A DNA stretch of 51,405 nucleotides, filler included, from Sphacelaria rigidula (Eukaryota): the NCBI GenBank assembly GCA_964200075.2. It is 4 parts of 4 records of this genome, joined end to end, with 100 filler letters (N's around TTAATTAATTAA, not from the genome) between each part and the next. Parts side by side here need not be neighbours in the genome. Positions count along the whole stretch, not along the records: positions 1 to 12,778 come from CAXNAA020003424.1; positions 12,879 to 25,655 come from CAXNAA020003425.1; positions 25,756 to 38,531 come from CAXNAA020003426.1; 1 more part is not named here. One strand, given 5' to 3'. The notes below the pieces were generated by a model. The model made no database searches. It saw only the letters and a list, made by a program, of their open reading frames with translations, and was not told the DNA's origin. This document shows positions 11,798-34,275 of this stretch, piece after piece (within the stretch, counting starts at the first letter, position 1; the number at the start of each line of letters is the position of its first letter). The position numbers were made by a program, and so were the translations under genes.

Positions 11798-12715
11798 TAT
11801 TGCAAGTTGGGAGGATAGACGAGAGTGCTCCACGATCAACCGCATGTCGTTGCATTCGAGACCCACGCAATCAACCGCCGACAGCAAGGGTCTTGTGGCT
11901 CTCACGCGACGCGGTCGGTAGTACGGCAGGCAAACCAGATCATTACCACCTTTCCTTCCTCTACCACAAACCGGATCATTGCTACCGCGCGTCCTCTCGG
12001 CTGCTCAGAGGTCATCACGATAACAACACCGAAGTCGCAACATCTGTGAAAGCTTTAGAGCTTGATTTACTTTATCTGCATCCACATAATTAAAACGGTT
12101 CTGAAAACTTGAGGGAGGACGTTTTCCCTGTCCCCCAGACAGGCATCGATGAACGAGGGAAGACTTTCGCAGGCGGATACAACAAACATGGAGGCCCGGA
12201 GATGTTTCTTTCCATCAAAATCTATGTTTTCCAAGCTGCAAAGTGTTCCACGCGTATTGATTTCCAATACGAACGGTATCTTGTCTCATTATGTTCCGTT
12301 GTTCGAGCACTGTCCGATGCCGATCACGGAAACGTTTCGTACTACTGCTGTCCGATGGTTTCTTCGGATGTTTATGTGGACCCGAAGCCGCCGCCTTCCC
12401 TCAGGTTTTCAGAACCGTTTTAATTATGTGGATGCAGATAAAGTAAATCAAACTCTAAAGCTTTCACGGATGTTGCGACTTCGGTGTTGTTATCGTGATG
12501 ACCTCTGAGCAGCCGAGAAGACGCGCGGTAGCAATGATCCGGTTTGTGGTAGAGGAAGGAAATGTAGCAATGGTCCCGTTTGCCTGCCGTACTACCGACC
12601 GCGTCGCGTGAGAGCCACAAGACCCTTGCTGTCGGCGGTTGATAGCGTGAGTCTCGAATGCAACGACATGCGGTTGATCGTGGAGCACTCTCGTCTATCC
12701 TCCCAACTTGCAATA
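11798..12715. repeat. Long inverted repeat (arms ~11798-12116 and ~12399-12715, spacer ~280 bp)
   Basis: The arms are near-perfect reverse complements; the ORF track shows mirrored peptides (11825-12049 + and 12464-12688 -). Confidence 0.92.
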
Positions 12716-12778
12716 AACAGGGTTGCCAGAAAAATGAGAACGTATTTTGAAATGAGAATCAACCGCTCCCCGGGATTG

Positions 12779-12878
12779 NNNNNNNNNNNNNNNNNNNNNN
12801 NNNNNNNNNNNNNNNNNNNNNNTTAATTAATTAANNNNNNNNNNNNNNNNNNNNNNNNNNNNNNNNNNNNNNNNNNNN
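12779..12878. other. Artificial contig linker
   Basis: N44-TTAATTAATTAA-N44, with stops in all six frames. Confidence 0.97.
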
Positions 12879-13521
12879 GGGTTTAGACCTTGGCTTTTCC
12901 CGACCCCCCTGACTAGTTGCCTTTTTTTCTTATTCATTCCTTTTCCCTAGCATCCCCCCCCCCCCCATCCGTTCCCCTCCTCCTCCTCCTCGGGACGACC
13001 CCGCAGTCCCAATGCAAAAGCACACCTCTCCGGTACCTGCTTGCCTCCGGCTGTACTAGTAAACGTGCTAATAGCGAGCATTGGAATATGAGTGTCAGCA
13101 TTCCCGAAGGCTGTCAGCGCTGATGCAATGATTTCAAGTTGTCCCTGTCACGAGTTCGGACGTAGTCTATTGCAGTCTTAACTGTCGCCCTCTCAGCGGG
13201 CTTGGATACGCGTGCTTAGGTTCATGGTGCGAGCAACATTTCTGAGCACTTTACATACACCGCAACGCACTCAATGATCCCTTGACTGCGCACAAAATGT
13301 CACCGTAGACGCGACAACCCCATGCATCTTTCTGCCCTCGGGGGAAAAACACGTGGAATTGAGTATTCTGCTACCGACAATCTCCTTCTCTGAAGAGAAA
13401 AACAATGACATCACCACCACTCGTCTGTTGTCGTTTTTCGGCGGGAGAGAGACGCCCGTGAACCTAATTTGAATCCTACTGCTCCTTCATTTTACCCGTG
13501 TGCATCTCCCATCCTGTACTA

Positions 13522-23718
<10,197 letters not shown>

Positions 23719-24000
23719 CTAGGGTGAAAAAACGAGGGAAAAAAATGTTGAAGGGAAGGGGGAAGGATAAAATAAAGAAAGACCAAAACAGCGGAAGAAA
23801 CCGCAACGAAGGGCCGGACACAAGACAAGACAAAACAACGCAAAAACGAACGAGGCAAAACATATTGATGTGGAAAAAAATATTCCAACTCGTGCTTCGA
23901 TTCAACCATATCGCGTGAGCGTCATGGGGACCGCGGATACACGGTATCTTTGTTTTTACCATTACCAAATGGAGGGAGACCGCCTGGCTGCAGCATGGAG

Positions 24001-24260
24001 CGGGGGGGAGGGGGGAGGGGTGTACTCATGATCTTGTATTCCAGTCATCTGACCATTGACCTCGCATCTCGCATCCCTACAGAGCCGGGACGGAGTACGC
24101 CGAGTATTCGCCGGACTAGGCTCGCACTCAATCACCAAGCGTGAAGCGCCGTGGTATGTTTAGGCGAGTCGCATGAAGGGTGACATGCATCCCGCCAAGA
24201 TTGTACGGCCCGAAGGGTACTGATCATCTTACATTTGGGGGACAGCCTTCGATGAGTTGC
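24001..24260 (-). mobile_element. Family B copy
   Basis: G-run then tgtactcatgatc...gaccattgacctcgcatc...taggcgagtcgcatgaagggtga. Confidence 0.7.
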
Positions 24261-25655
24261 TGCAGAAGAGCAGGGCAAAAGCTCAGAAGAGTAGGGCGGC
24301 ACGTCCACTGCGCTAAGTTGACAGGGGGTTCTAGTAGGTTCGACACCCACACTGCCTCGGGCAAAGCTTTCCAAACGCTTGTGGCGCCTACCCCACATGA
24401 CTGCCGCGAGGCGGTCTAGCTTGAGTCACCGTGTAATTGGCACACGAGCCCGTTCGCGGGATAAGTGTTGGATGAGGTTTCCTCCTTCCTTCAAGGGAAA
24501 GAAAAAAAAAACGCCGACCTCATAACCGGCAATTACCGGCAAAAGATCATGCACATCCATGGGAAAACGGCACAACGCCCATACATGAGGGATATAGACT
24601 TTTGTAGTGAAATGCGACCTTCATAGTGAATCATGTGGTGACATATGTTTGTGATTGGCTGTCAGACTCGAGTTACACCTGCAGTGTACGTCCTACAGTT
24701 TAGGAGTGGACAGTAGCGCCGCGACGGATAGAACAGCAGCAGAGAGACGAAACTGCAGACAAGCAGATAGCGGATGATACATTGCCGCCGCAGTGAGTCA
24801 TTGCGATGCTCGTGTATCGGTATATCCCTATCTTAGTATGTCTGGTCATTCCGTGGCCGCGAGCGCTGGCCCCGATACCAGCGGCAGCAGCCATGCTGGC
24901 GGGTGCAAGGAGTACCCTAGCGGTGCAGTATATCCGCACTGTACCGTGCGTTGCTCCTTTCATCGGAGCACGGGGTCTGACCCAGCCGGTCGAGTGGTGT
25001 ATACCGGCGCTGGTTGTGTGTCTTTACCCAACCATGTTCCGCATCGCGCAAGTGATGGGTCCGGTTAACATGAAATTTTCAACAATCAAGTATGCAGACC
25101 GCACTGCCCCCCACTGATACTATAGTTTACAGAGAGACGAGCACAAAAATACAGCACTTCGAGCAATCTCAGCGGAGATCAAACCGCCTTCGCAAGGTCT
25201 GAACCCATAAGAGAATAGTGATAACTACAGCACATGAGAGCAGACGTGAGTGTGTATGTGCTACGGTACAGTAAGTTCATTTCTACCATTATAACAGAGG
25301 AAAACATGTAGTGCAGTCAGTATATCATGAAACAATAGGCACCCTTTTCAGTCCACAACCTTTTATTTATTTTCGGTTTCTTTCACGTCGTCGTTTACTA
25401 TGGTGTTCTGTCCTACTTCTTCTTTCTCTTCAGAAGAGTGTTTTAGTTTTCTTTTGCCTTGGGTACGTCTTCATCATGTGACCACGGTTGGATCCCTGGG
25501 GGGTCAGTTAAAGTGCGACAATCAACTAATCGATCAAACGATCAATCAACCTCCCCCCCCCCCCCCCCCCCCCCCCCCCCGCCCACACAAAAAAAAAAAG
25601 CACGCCCCCTCCCCCCGGCCGAAAAACCCCCACCCCAAAACCACAACGAACAAGA

Positions 25656-25755
25656 NNNNNNNNNNNNNNNNNNNNNNNNNNNNNNNNNNNNNNNNNNNNT
25701 TAATTAATTAANNNNNNNNNNNNNNNNNNNNNNNNNNNNNNNNNNNNNNNNNNNN
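25656..25755. other. Artificial contig linker
   Basis: N44-TTAATTAATTAA-N44. Confidence 0.97.
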
Positions 25756-25829
25756 TCTTTTGTGGCTTGTCTTGTTCTTGTGCCTTTTCCCCAGTCACCC
25801 ATTCGAGGCAGGAAGACCGTCGCAAGGTG

Positions 25830-26075
25830 GTGGGGGGGGGGGGGGTATTTTGGGCCGTTTTCTTCCACGAAATTCCACGTCAATCGCCGTTGAAAGCAGC
25901 CAACAGTTGTTCGAACGCGCTTGCTCCCGATAAATAACGCTCATTCATACTGCTTCATTACACCGCTTTTACCCCAAACACAAGCGCACCACGAGTGTTT
26001 TAAGTCGTTTGGCGCATCTATGAACACATTTTTTCGTGGAATCGAACACCCTCCCCACCTATCGTAGCATGGCTC
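25830..26075. mobile_element. MITE, diverged copy of 8725-8994
   Basis: ggggtattttgggcc...cacgaaattccacgtcaa...ttgaaagcagc...caagcgcacc, and right end ccctccccacctatcgtagcatggctc. Confidence 0.6.
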
Positions 26076-26837
26076 ATCGCTACCGCACATGGCATGACAC
26101 AACACCTGTGGCGAGGTGGGATGGCAGAACTGTTGGGGTCCCCAACACAATCATTCAGTGATGTACACTCACGTGGAGGTTGGCATACATCGCAACCCGG
26201 TGAACCCACGGTAATCCACGGTTGTGTGCCTAAACATTACAACAGTTTGACATATCAACAGGGGGTCTTGTCGACGCGGCGAGGGGTTGTCGTGAGGGTA
26301 CCGGTGCTCGTACTGTGTTTACACACGGTAACCGCGAAGGGCGACTGACAGAGAGGACACCGGAGCATGGCAGTAATCGTTCAAAGCGATACTGCGGAGT
26401 TGGCTACGTGAACCAACAGTGCATGTCCTGCCCGCCGTTCAAACATTTGTTTTGCGGCACCATCGCCTAGATGATACCCTTGTCTCGCGTGCATGTTTCG
26501 TACGATTTCTTCATCTTGCCGGGATCTCGTTGGCCTAGAATCTCCTCTGGTTCCTTAGCAAGTTGTGAGAAGTAATGAGGGAGAACACAAGCAGAAAAAA
26601 AACGCCAGAACACCCCAACAGTTTCACCATCTACACCCCCGAAGCCCTCTCCACTTTTTCTTTTTCTTTTTCTGACCCTTCGTTTCATCGTTCTCCCCCC
26701 ACCCCGTAATTACGGTGGCGAATTATTTTCCGTTTGTTCACCTACTTCATGTATATCTTCCCTGTGGTCACCGTTGGATGCGTGGCGGATCAAGTGAGGA
26801 GGCACAACCGATCGATTGACGCAGTCAGGGACCTTAC

Positions 26838-29800
26838 CTCATAGGAGTCTGGGAGGCAGTAGACTCTGCACGTGCGCAGGTTGATGAACACGTGATGCCC
26901 GTGTTGCACGCTATGCGTGTAGGCATGCGTGTTCTTGCCCCTGCCCTGGAAGTACTTGCCGCACACCAGGCACGCGTAAACGTTGTTGTTCGACAGCGAA
27001 ATGCTGCATAGCTGGCAAAACAAAACACAGCAGCGTTGAGTTTTTTGTTCAAAGAAAACGAAACAAACGACGCGGATGCAGTCAGTAGTCAAAAAGAGAG
27101 GGGGGTGCGAAACAGGGGCTGTAAGATGGGGGTCGTGCAAGCACGGCAGAAGAAGAAAAAATGATCGGCACGTGAACTTGCATCTCTTTCGCCTGTTTAG
27201 ATTTCTAGTACTGCAGAAATTTCTACTATACATAACCCACGTCGCGACAAGAATGTTGGTTTTGACAGATGCGATGAGATGCGCAGTCCAAGGGTGATCA
27301 CTGCAAAAGCAATAACAGCCGATTTTCGAAATTGAGATAGAGCTTTTCATTGAGGATGATGACCCCGACAAATGGAGTATATGCATCCACACCAATTCTT
27401 CGACGAATGGTTACATTCCTTCACCTGCTGGTAGCGATTGATAACAACTATACGCCATACAAATTTGGATCCAAACAACCGAAATTTTGGGGTTCTATGT
27501 ATGAGAACAACTTAGCAGAATTGAGGCGATCGGATCCCAGCGCCTAAATTCTACAAAATTGTTCTTTCACCTAGGACCCCAAAATTTCGGTTCTCAGAAT
27601 CCAAATTTGTATGGAGAGTAGTAGTTGTCAATAGTTATCAGTAGTCGAAGGAATGCAACCATATTTCGAAGAATTTGTGAGGGGACAAAGACTTTGATTT
27701 CCCGGGTAATCATCTTCAAAAAAGCTCCACCCCTAATTTTTGGGGGTTGACTGCCTTATGCAACAAGACGGTAGGAAAATATCGTGAAGAATCTCGTCAT
27801 ACGTATTCAGTCACTTCCAACAGTCGTGACTGAGAGACCGGAACTCAGAACGACCGAAGACGGTGGTTTGGAACATGGTGCTTTGACATTTAAAAAAAAT
27901 GGATGACCGAGTTCGGTAGCACACAACTTCCATCTCTCGTACGTTCTATAATTCCCCCTCGCCGCAACACACCCACGGGTCAGAGGGTTTCGGCGGGTGC
28001 AGTATCACACCGGCATCTACAGTACTGTCCCGGGGTACGGTGTACATCAACGCTGAGTATCACCGTCGAGATGGTGACCTCACGGACCCCGACAAAAGTC
28101 ATCACCACAGTGCGGTATCCACACCGGATGCGGGAGGCAGCATTGCCTCAAAGCGGATAGGCTAGGGTTCGGCCGTTTGTAGTTTCCCCACAGTGAAGCA
28201 TTTTGATGACGATTCCGTGCAGACACTCCTCGAATCCAACGTTTGCATGTGCTGAAACCGCATTATCCTGAACGGCAGTCATTGCAAATATGTAGTACTG
28301 CCGCTGCTGCGGCTGCTGCTCTCTCTACACAAGGTCGTCACCCGCTTTTGAACAACCATGGGGTTCCTCGTCAGGTTTGGTGATAGGTTGCAACTTTCAC
28401 CTGCGTCTGTCATTAGTCGTGTGTATTATCTCCTGGAGAGCATGCTGCTAATTTTCCGCCTGAGATTCTGGATAGGTTCGAGTGCTGTAAGGGCTGGGGA
28501 TCGGCCGTTCTTTGTCGGCGCGCTGAACACGCGGCTTACCCTGGAAAGTCGCCCGCAGCCAGGCTTCTACTGCTCTGTAGACGTATGGGCTTCGTGGCAG
28601 TGGCATCGGGTGGTGCGCTTTCCCACACGTGTCGTGCATCATCATGTCCAACGACATTGGTTATCATCCACTTACGATCAACCTGCAACAGGCCCTCTGG
28701 ATTTTCGCGAGCTTCGGTCCTCAAACGGTTGACGAATTACCAGAACTTATGTCCGAGGGGTAGTCGTTGGTGAATGATGGCCTGCACCATGAATACCTAC
28801 CAAACAGCACTACATGCTCATGAAGAGAGCGTGCAACGCTGATAGTCGAGATCCTGCACAAAGTGTGCTACGTGCCTTGATTCGGTTTTGGCTACATAGG
28901 TAAAACTACTGTACAGGTCAAGTACGGCGAACATGCTACATAGCACGAGATACCGCAATGACTCCAGAAAGAGACGGCTGCAGACGGCGAGATCGTACTC
29001 TTCGACACCAGGAGGTGTCGTGTAGGCAAGGCGTGGAGCAAAGTGCGGACGTCGTTTTGGAATAGTACGAGCCCATGTTACCGATCGAAAATTCGTGTTT
29101 TAACCGTAACTGAGGACATACGTTATGTCGGCACCTGATTTCTGGATACCGCGGCGTTAACATCAAGTGCAGGAATATTTTTGTGTTTCATCGCGCTACT
29201 GTTGTAGAGGAGCATATCACATGATCTACACATCATAGACAATCCAAATCACAACGTTTGAGGCTTCATATGCACATCTCACGCATGGAAAAAAAAACTC
29301 GATGTAAGTCCGACAGCCTAAAAGTTATTCACCCAAACGCGCGAGGTGACTCGACTTTGAAATGACTTTACAGGCTGGTTCACGCTGATCGCCCAAAATT
29401 GTGTCATCAGCAAATGCCTTTCGCAATACCTACCCAATAGTCGCGTACATGGTATCATACTGACCGCCATGGACAGCCGAAGAGCGTGACATAGCCGGGT
29501 TTTTGTGTTAGGCCATAGTGGTAGCGGTAAGGGCGACAAGGTATGTCGACCAATCAGCGCCCGTAAAATTGTTCCGAGATCGAACTTACGAATCCCAAGC
29601 CCAACTTTCATCCAATCGCCACATGCTTCGAATCGTAGTAACCGTCATAGTTCGTACTTGGTCCGTAAGCCGAAATTGACCGCGTATCGAGCATCCGGAG
29701 TCCCAAACCACCTTAGAAAGTCTGATTCAGACCATCATCGGAAAGCTAGGCACACAGATTCCTCAGTATCAGACCACTTTTCATGAGGAACAATCTGCAT

Positions 29801-30956
29801 TTATACAACTATGAGGATTTCAGCCCTTCTACAGGCGATTTTCTTTCGTAGACTGTGACCACGGGTTCGCGAGATCGGACTAATGTGCGGAAATAATAAT
29901 AGTAATAAGATTGATTTTTTTTAATTAGTCCGTTGGGCAATGTGTTTCGGCTAGCTGTTAGAAAATTAGATCAGTTCTCCGATTCTCAGGACGTTGACTT
30001 TCGGTACGTCATCTTTCTGCTCAATCCCGAATCCATGCAGATTTGGGGCGCAAATCTGTATGAATTCGGGAGTGCCCCGACTTGAGCAGAAAAGTGACCT
30101 ACCGAAAAGTCAACGTCCAGAAAATTGTAGAATTGATCTGGTTTTCTCACAGCTAGCCGAAAACATAGTCCGACGGACTGGGGTTCGAAAAATAAATCCA
30201 CGGGAGAAAATCGCCGGTACACGGGCTGAAATCTTCACAGTTGTACAAACTCAGGGTAGTGCTCATAAAAAATGGTCTCATGAGTATTATTTCAAGTATC
30301 GTGTTCACGCGACCTTGACTGATCTCGGAAACCCCAGACCCTCAAAACCGCCAACGTGGGCCATCATCTTTCTAGTGAAAATCGTGCATATCACTCACTC
30401 TGGCTATCAACAGGTGGGCGAAATCTATATGCGCACACAATATGACACTCTACTTCTTTGAATGCACGACTGCAAGTAAGTTGACCATCGCAGTAGCTTC
30501 AGGAGAAAACTTTCGGTTGAACAACGGACTCAGGGGAGGTGCTATACACCGTGATCTACTGTACTAGGGTGGGTGAAGCTGAGGACTGTACAGAGAGCAC
30601 AGTACGTATAGGATCGTGAAGTACACGCGATGTACGAAAGGTCTGGTACAACGAGTAAGTAGGAATTGCATGCCCACAGTAATATCTCTGTGCCGATGGC
30701 AAACAATCACCTTTTCGAAATCGAAATCGAGTACGTTGCGATTGATGGTGTCGAGGTAGGGGCACTTGCGGCGACTTCCCACCCCGCCGTTGTCCGCAGC
30801 TGTTGTCGGTGCTGGTGCCTGTGCTGTCTCTACCGCGGCATCACCATTGGGATCACCCTGCTGTTGCGCTTCAGCCTTTACCCTTCCCTTAAAATTCTCG
30901 GTGCTGTTTTCTCCGGTAGCTGCGGCATCAGAGATGTCATCATGAGCACGCTTCAT
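26838..30956 (-). CDS. USP39: U4/U6.U5 tri-snRNP-associated protein 2 (USP39/Sad1), 5' part, two exons
   Basis: Exon 1 30956-30711 (M...CPYLDTINRNVLDFDFEK|gt) and exon 2 27011-26838 (LCSISLSNNNVYACLVCGKYFQGRGKNTHAYTHS..HHVFINL..VYCLPDSYE|gtaag) form the diagnostic USP39 ZnF-UBP domain. Phase 0 at both junctions; the rest lies beyond the contig end. Confidence 0.95.
27385..27680. mobile_element. MITE-like fold-back in the USP39 intron
   Basis: ccatacaaatttggat...aaccgaaattttggggttcta versus taggaccccaaaatttcggtt...atccaaatttgtatgg, with degenerate outer arms. Confidence 0.7.
29769..30280. mobile_element. MITE with ~200-bp degenerate TIRs
   Basis: agacca...gaggatttcagcc...ggcgatttt...tttcggctagctgt...ggacgttgacttt is mirrored at 30105-30280. 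Confidence 0.75.
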
Positions 30957-31397
30957 CCTTTCCGTCCCCGTCTGCTATCACCTGTATGATGCTGCAATCT
31001 GTAGTGAGGGTCTGGATCACTTCCTGGACTTTATGCAAAAGATGATGGCCCTTATCGTGGCGCGCGTTTCCTACGAATTTCTTGTCCTTGTCACGACATG
31101 AAATGAACGCACGGCTGTCTCCAGCAGAAAAGAGCAAATACCTTGCACTGCACTCCACTGACCGTGCGTGACACAAGAGGTCAAATCAAGACACTTGGCG
31201 AGAGAACAGGCCCAATGGATTAGTAAATGGCATAATGCTGGAGAAGGCAAATTTAATAATGACAGAATAATCGAATGTGATATCTACAGCAGATGCTGCC
31301 GAACAAGCTAGCGCTTCTAGCGCACGGAGGGGCTGTGGGCGGCCCTCAACAGGCCTACAGCAGTGCGTCAATAAATAATCCTCAGTTTTTCACCATC

Positions 31398-31863
31398 ATG
31401 TTTGACATCAGCTTGGGCGAAATCCTTGTTGTAGGTGGAGCAGGAATCATCCTTTTGGGTAAGTGAGCCAGACATGTTCACGTAATACACGCTCAACAGT
31501 TAGTTGACTGCCTACACCACCCCCGAGGTGCTGAGTTTCCATGGTTACACACAACGTGCACAGTCATATGGTGCCCCAATTCACCACAGGAGCCTTTGAC
31601 CGTGTCGTTATGTTTTTTCGAAATGCACAGTCCAGTGCTCAACGCTCTGGTTGATGAAGCCATTTCGGAACAGATTACAATTCATGCACGAAGTTATAGT
31701 CACGCGGTCACTGGCCTCGGTAATATATGGAAAACACACAGGTAAGAAGGACATGCCGCTCGTGTTTCGACTGGTTGGGCGTACTGTGGGGAAGGTTTCC
31801 GGGCTTGTACAGGGCGGGCGTGCAAGAATGGCCCAAATGTCGAAGGGAAACGACTTTTTGCAG
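31398..31863 (+). CDS. tatB: TatB-like (twin-arginine translocase TatA/B family) protein, first two exons, probably mitochondrial
   Basis: Exon 1 31398-31458 and exon 2 31742-31863 (phase 1, gtaagt/cag) give MFDISLGEILVVGGAGIILLGKKDMPLVFRLVGRTVGKVSGLVQGGRARMAQMSKGNDFLQ: MFDI..GE N-terminus, short TM helix, G-x-K-D-x-P hinge and amphipathic helix. Later exons were not located. Confidence 0.8.
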
Positions 31864-31899
31864 GTGCGTGTCAAACTTTGGCGTGAGAGGGATACCTGG

Positions 31900-32995
31900 T
31901 GAGACCACCTTTTATGGCAACCAATCTCGATTTGTACGAATATGAGGATTTCAGTCCGTCTACAGGCGATTTTTTCCGGCGGGTTGATTTCTCGGACCCC
32001 AGTCCGTTGAGCAATATTTTTCGGCTAGCTGTGAGAAAACCAGATCATTTCTCCGACTGTCTGGACGTCGCCTTTTGATATATCGTATCATATTTCGGCT
32101 CAAATCGGGACACTTTCACATCTCCCCCGATTTCCCCCCGATTTTTTTAATCGGGGTAGATCAGAGAGTGTCCCAATTTAAGCAGGAAGATGATACGAGC
32201 TGGGCCGGCTTAAAAGCGGCTAAAAGTTGCTCACACCATAGCTTCCTTCACTTTCCCAAACGAACCCGATGTAAGCATATCACTGTGAACTGCAGACCCG
32301 CCTGATGACAAAGGACTGCGTCGCTGTTCGATTGGCGTCGTATTGCCGATGACGGTATTGTACTGCATAAAGTGCGGGTGCGCCTCATATCGTTGGTCGA
32401 TAGCGCGTCGGAGTGTTTTTTTTTTTAATGCCGTTGCTACACATCAGCAATCACCCCGCACTGGGATTAGTGCGGTGCAGCAGCGTCACGCCAAACTTTG
32501 CACGCACCGCCCAATTCGACGACTCTTGAGCTGAAATCTCACGAAGACCTCCTGCACCCAAGGAAATGATACATCCCGGGAGCAACTGCAGATTCTCATT
32601 TTTTCTCCTGGACTTATGACATTATCTTGTCTTTGCTGAAATTTCAAATCCACATAACTTCCTGTTTTTTTTCTTTTTTCTTTTGCTGCTCACGCGATAT
32701 TCTGCATGTTGATCATAACAAGCTGCTGCCAATTTTTCAGCGTCCACCTCCTAATTTTACGCCGTGCGTTGCCGGAGCGAGAAAACTACCCATTGTTGGC
32801 TGGCTCACCTCGTATGCCAAAGTTCAACTTCCAGAGAATCGGAGAGTTGATCTGCATTTCTCACAGCTAGCCGAAAAACATTGCCCAAGCGACTGCGGTC
32901 CGAAAAATCGATTCACGGGAGAAAATCCCCTTTGGACAGGCTGAAATCCTTACGTTTGTACAGATCGAGATTGGTCACAATAAGAGATGGTCTGA
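31900..32995. mobile_element. Larger member of the 29769-30280 MITE family, just after TatB exon 2
   Basis: The same TIR sequence at 31900-32075 and inverted at 32820-32995. Confidence 0.75.
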
Positions 32996-34039
32996 TTCCT
33001 GAGTCCGTATTCCTCGAGTCAGAGCAGAACGAAACGAGCCAGCTGTGACTATCTTCCAGTACCTTACAATCAATATATTGTTTGCAATGGCCTACTCATG
33101 GCTTTGGTGTAGTACATTTGTATGACCACGTAGAGAGTGTTATTGGCGCATGCCTAGGTCCCCACCTGGGCATTAGTATGTGGCATAGATAATTCAGGGG
33201 ATACGTCTCATCGAGCGAATCATTCATGAAAGGGGCAAGGGTATCCGTCAGTTGAAATCAACGCACCAAGATCCCGAAATTTACCATTTGGCGGTTTTGG
33301 AGGAGACGGAGGGTTTGGCTGGGGGTGATATCCAGCGAGTGTTATGCCCCCTCCAGAGTTTGAAGTTATGCATTAGAACGTCGCTAGATACCCCCCGCCC
33401 CGCGCGCCCCGAAGCATCTGCCTCACGGAGATGGGGATGTTCGAGCATGCAAGTTCATCGACAGAAGCTGTACAGTTGAAGGATGAGGTGGTCGATTAAG
33501 TAGCCTAGTCAGCACCATCTGAAGAAATGTTGCCTATCGCGGGTCTGCGAAGCAGATATGTGGAGGCCACAATGATTCAAGGTTATCTTTGGAACCTGAT
33601 TTTGGAAAATTATTGTACAAAATGGTACGTAGCTTTCGCGGTATTTCTCCGATAAACGGTGTTTGGTACCAGTACAGCGCGGTACGCACGGTGCAGTATT
33701 TTGTTACCGTGGGTCCCACGGTGCCTCAGTGTGTGGTTTTCCGGAAGTACAGAACGGACCGTACGGGGCCGGACGAATGTGATACTACGCTGATCCTACG
33801 CGACAAGATAGAAAGTATCATGAGAATTGTGGAACTCTGAAACTATGGTAACCAGCTATAGAAAATCGCCATACTCAGCGTCAGAAGTGTGCAGAGTTCG
33901 TAATTTCTTAGTTTTTCAAAGATTTTCCAATTTTGTTTCGCATTCTACCGCTCATCACAGTGACTGCTGGATGCCAAAAAATTGGCAGCTGGAGATATTT
34001 TAATCCTCTTAATGAATATTGAAAGAAGAAATATCTGCG

Positions 34040-34275
34040 ATCAATATTGATTGACATACGGACTTGACCGATCTTCGGGGGTCCTGCGAAAGTGCAACCC
34101 CAGGTTTAAGCTTTTCGGTATTTTCGGTGGACCGATTCGATCCCGATCATATAAGTGAAGACTCCAAAATGTTTTTGTTTTGGAATTCCTCCTATTCACT
34201 GCCCTAAAGCCGGAAAAATGTGTTTCTTGGACCATTCACGGTCAATAACACCCTCCTGATAAACGGGGTCTTCAC
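34040..34275. repeat. Dispersed repeat, inverted relative to 50220-50430
   Basis: gtcaataacaccctcctgat.aacgggg and ttcggtattttcggt blocks are shared in reverse complement. Confidence 0.65.
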
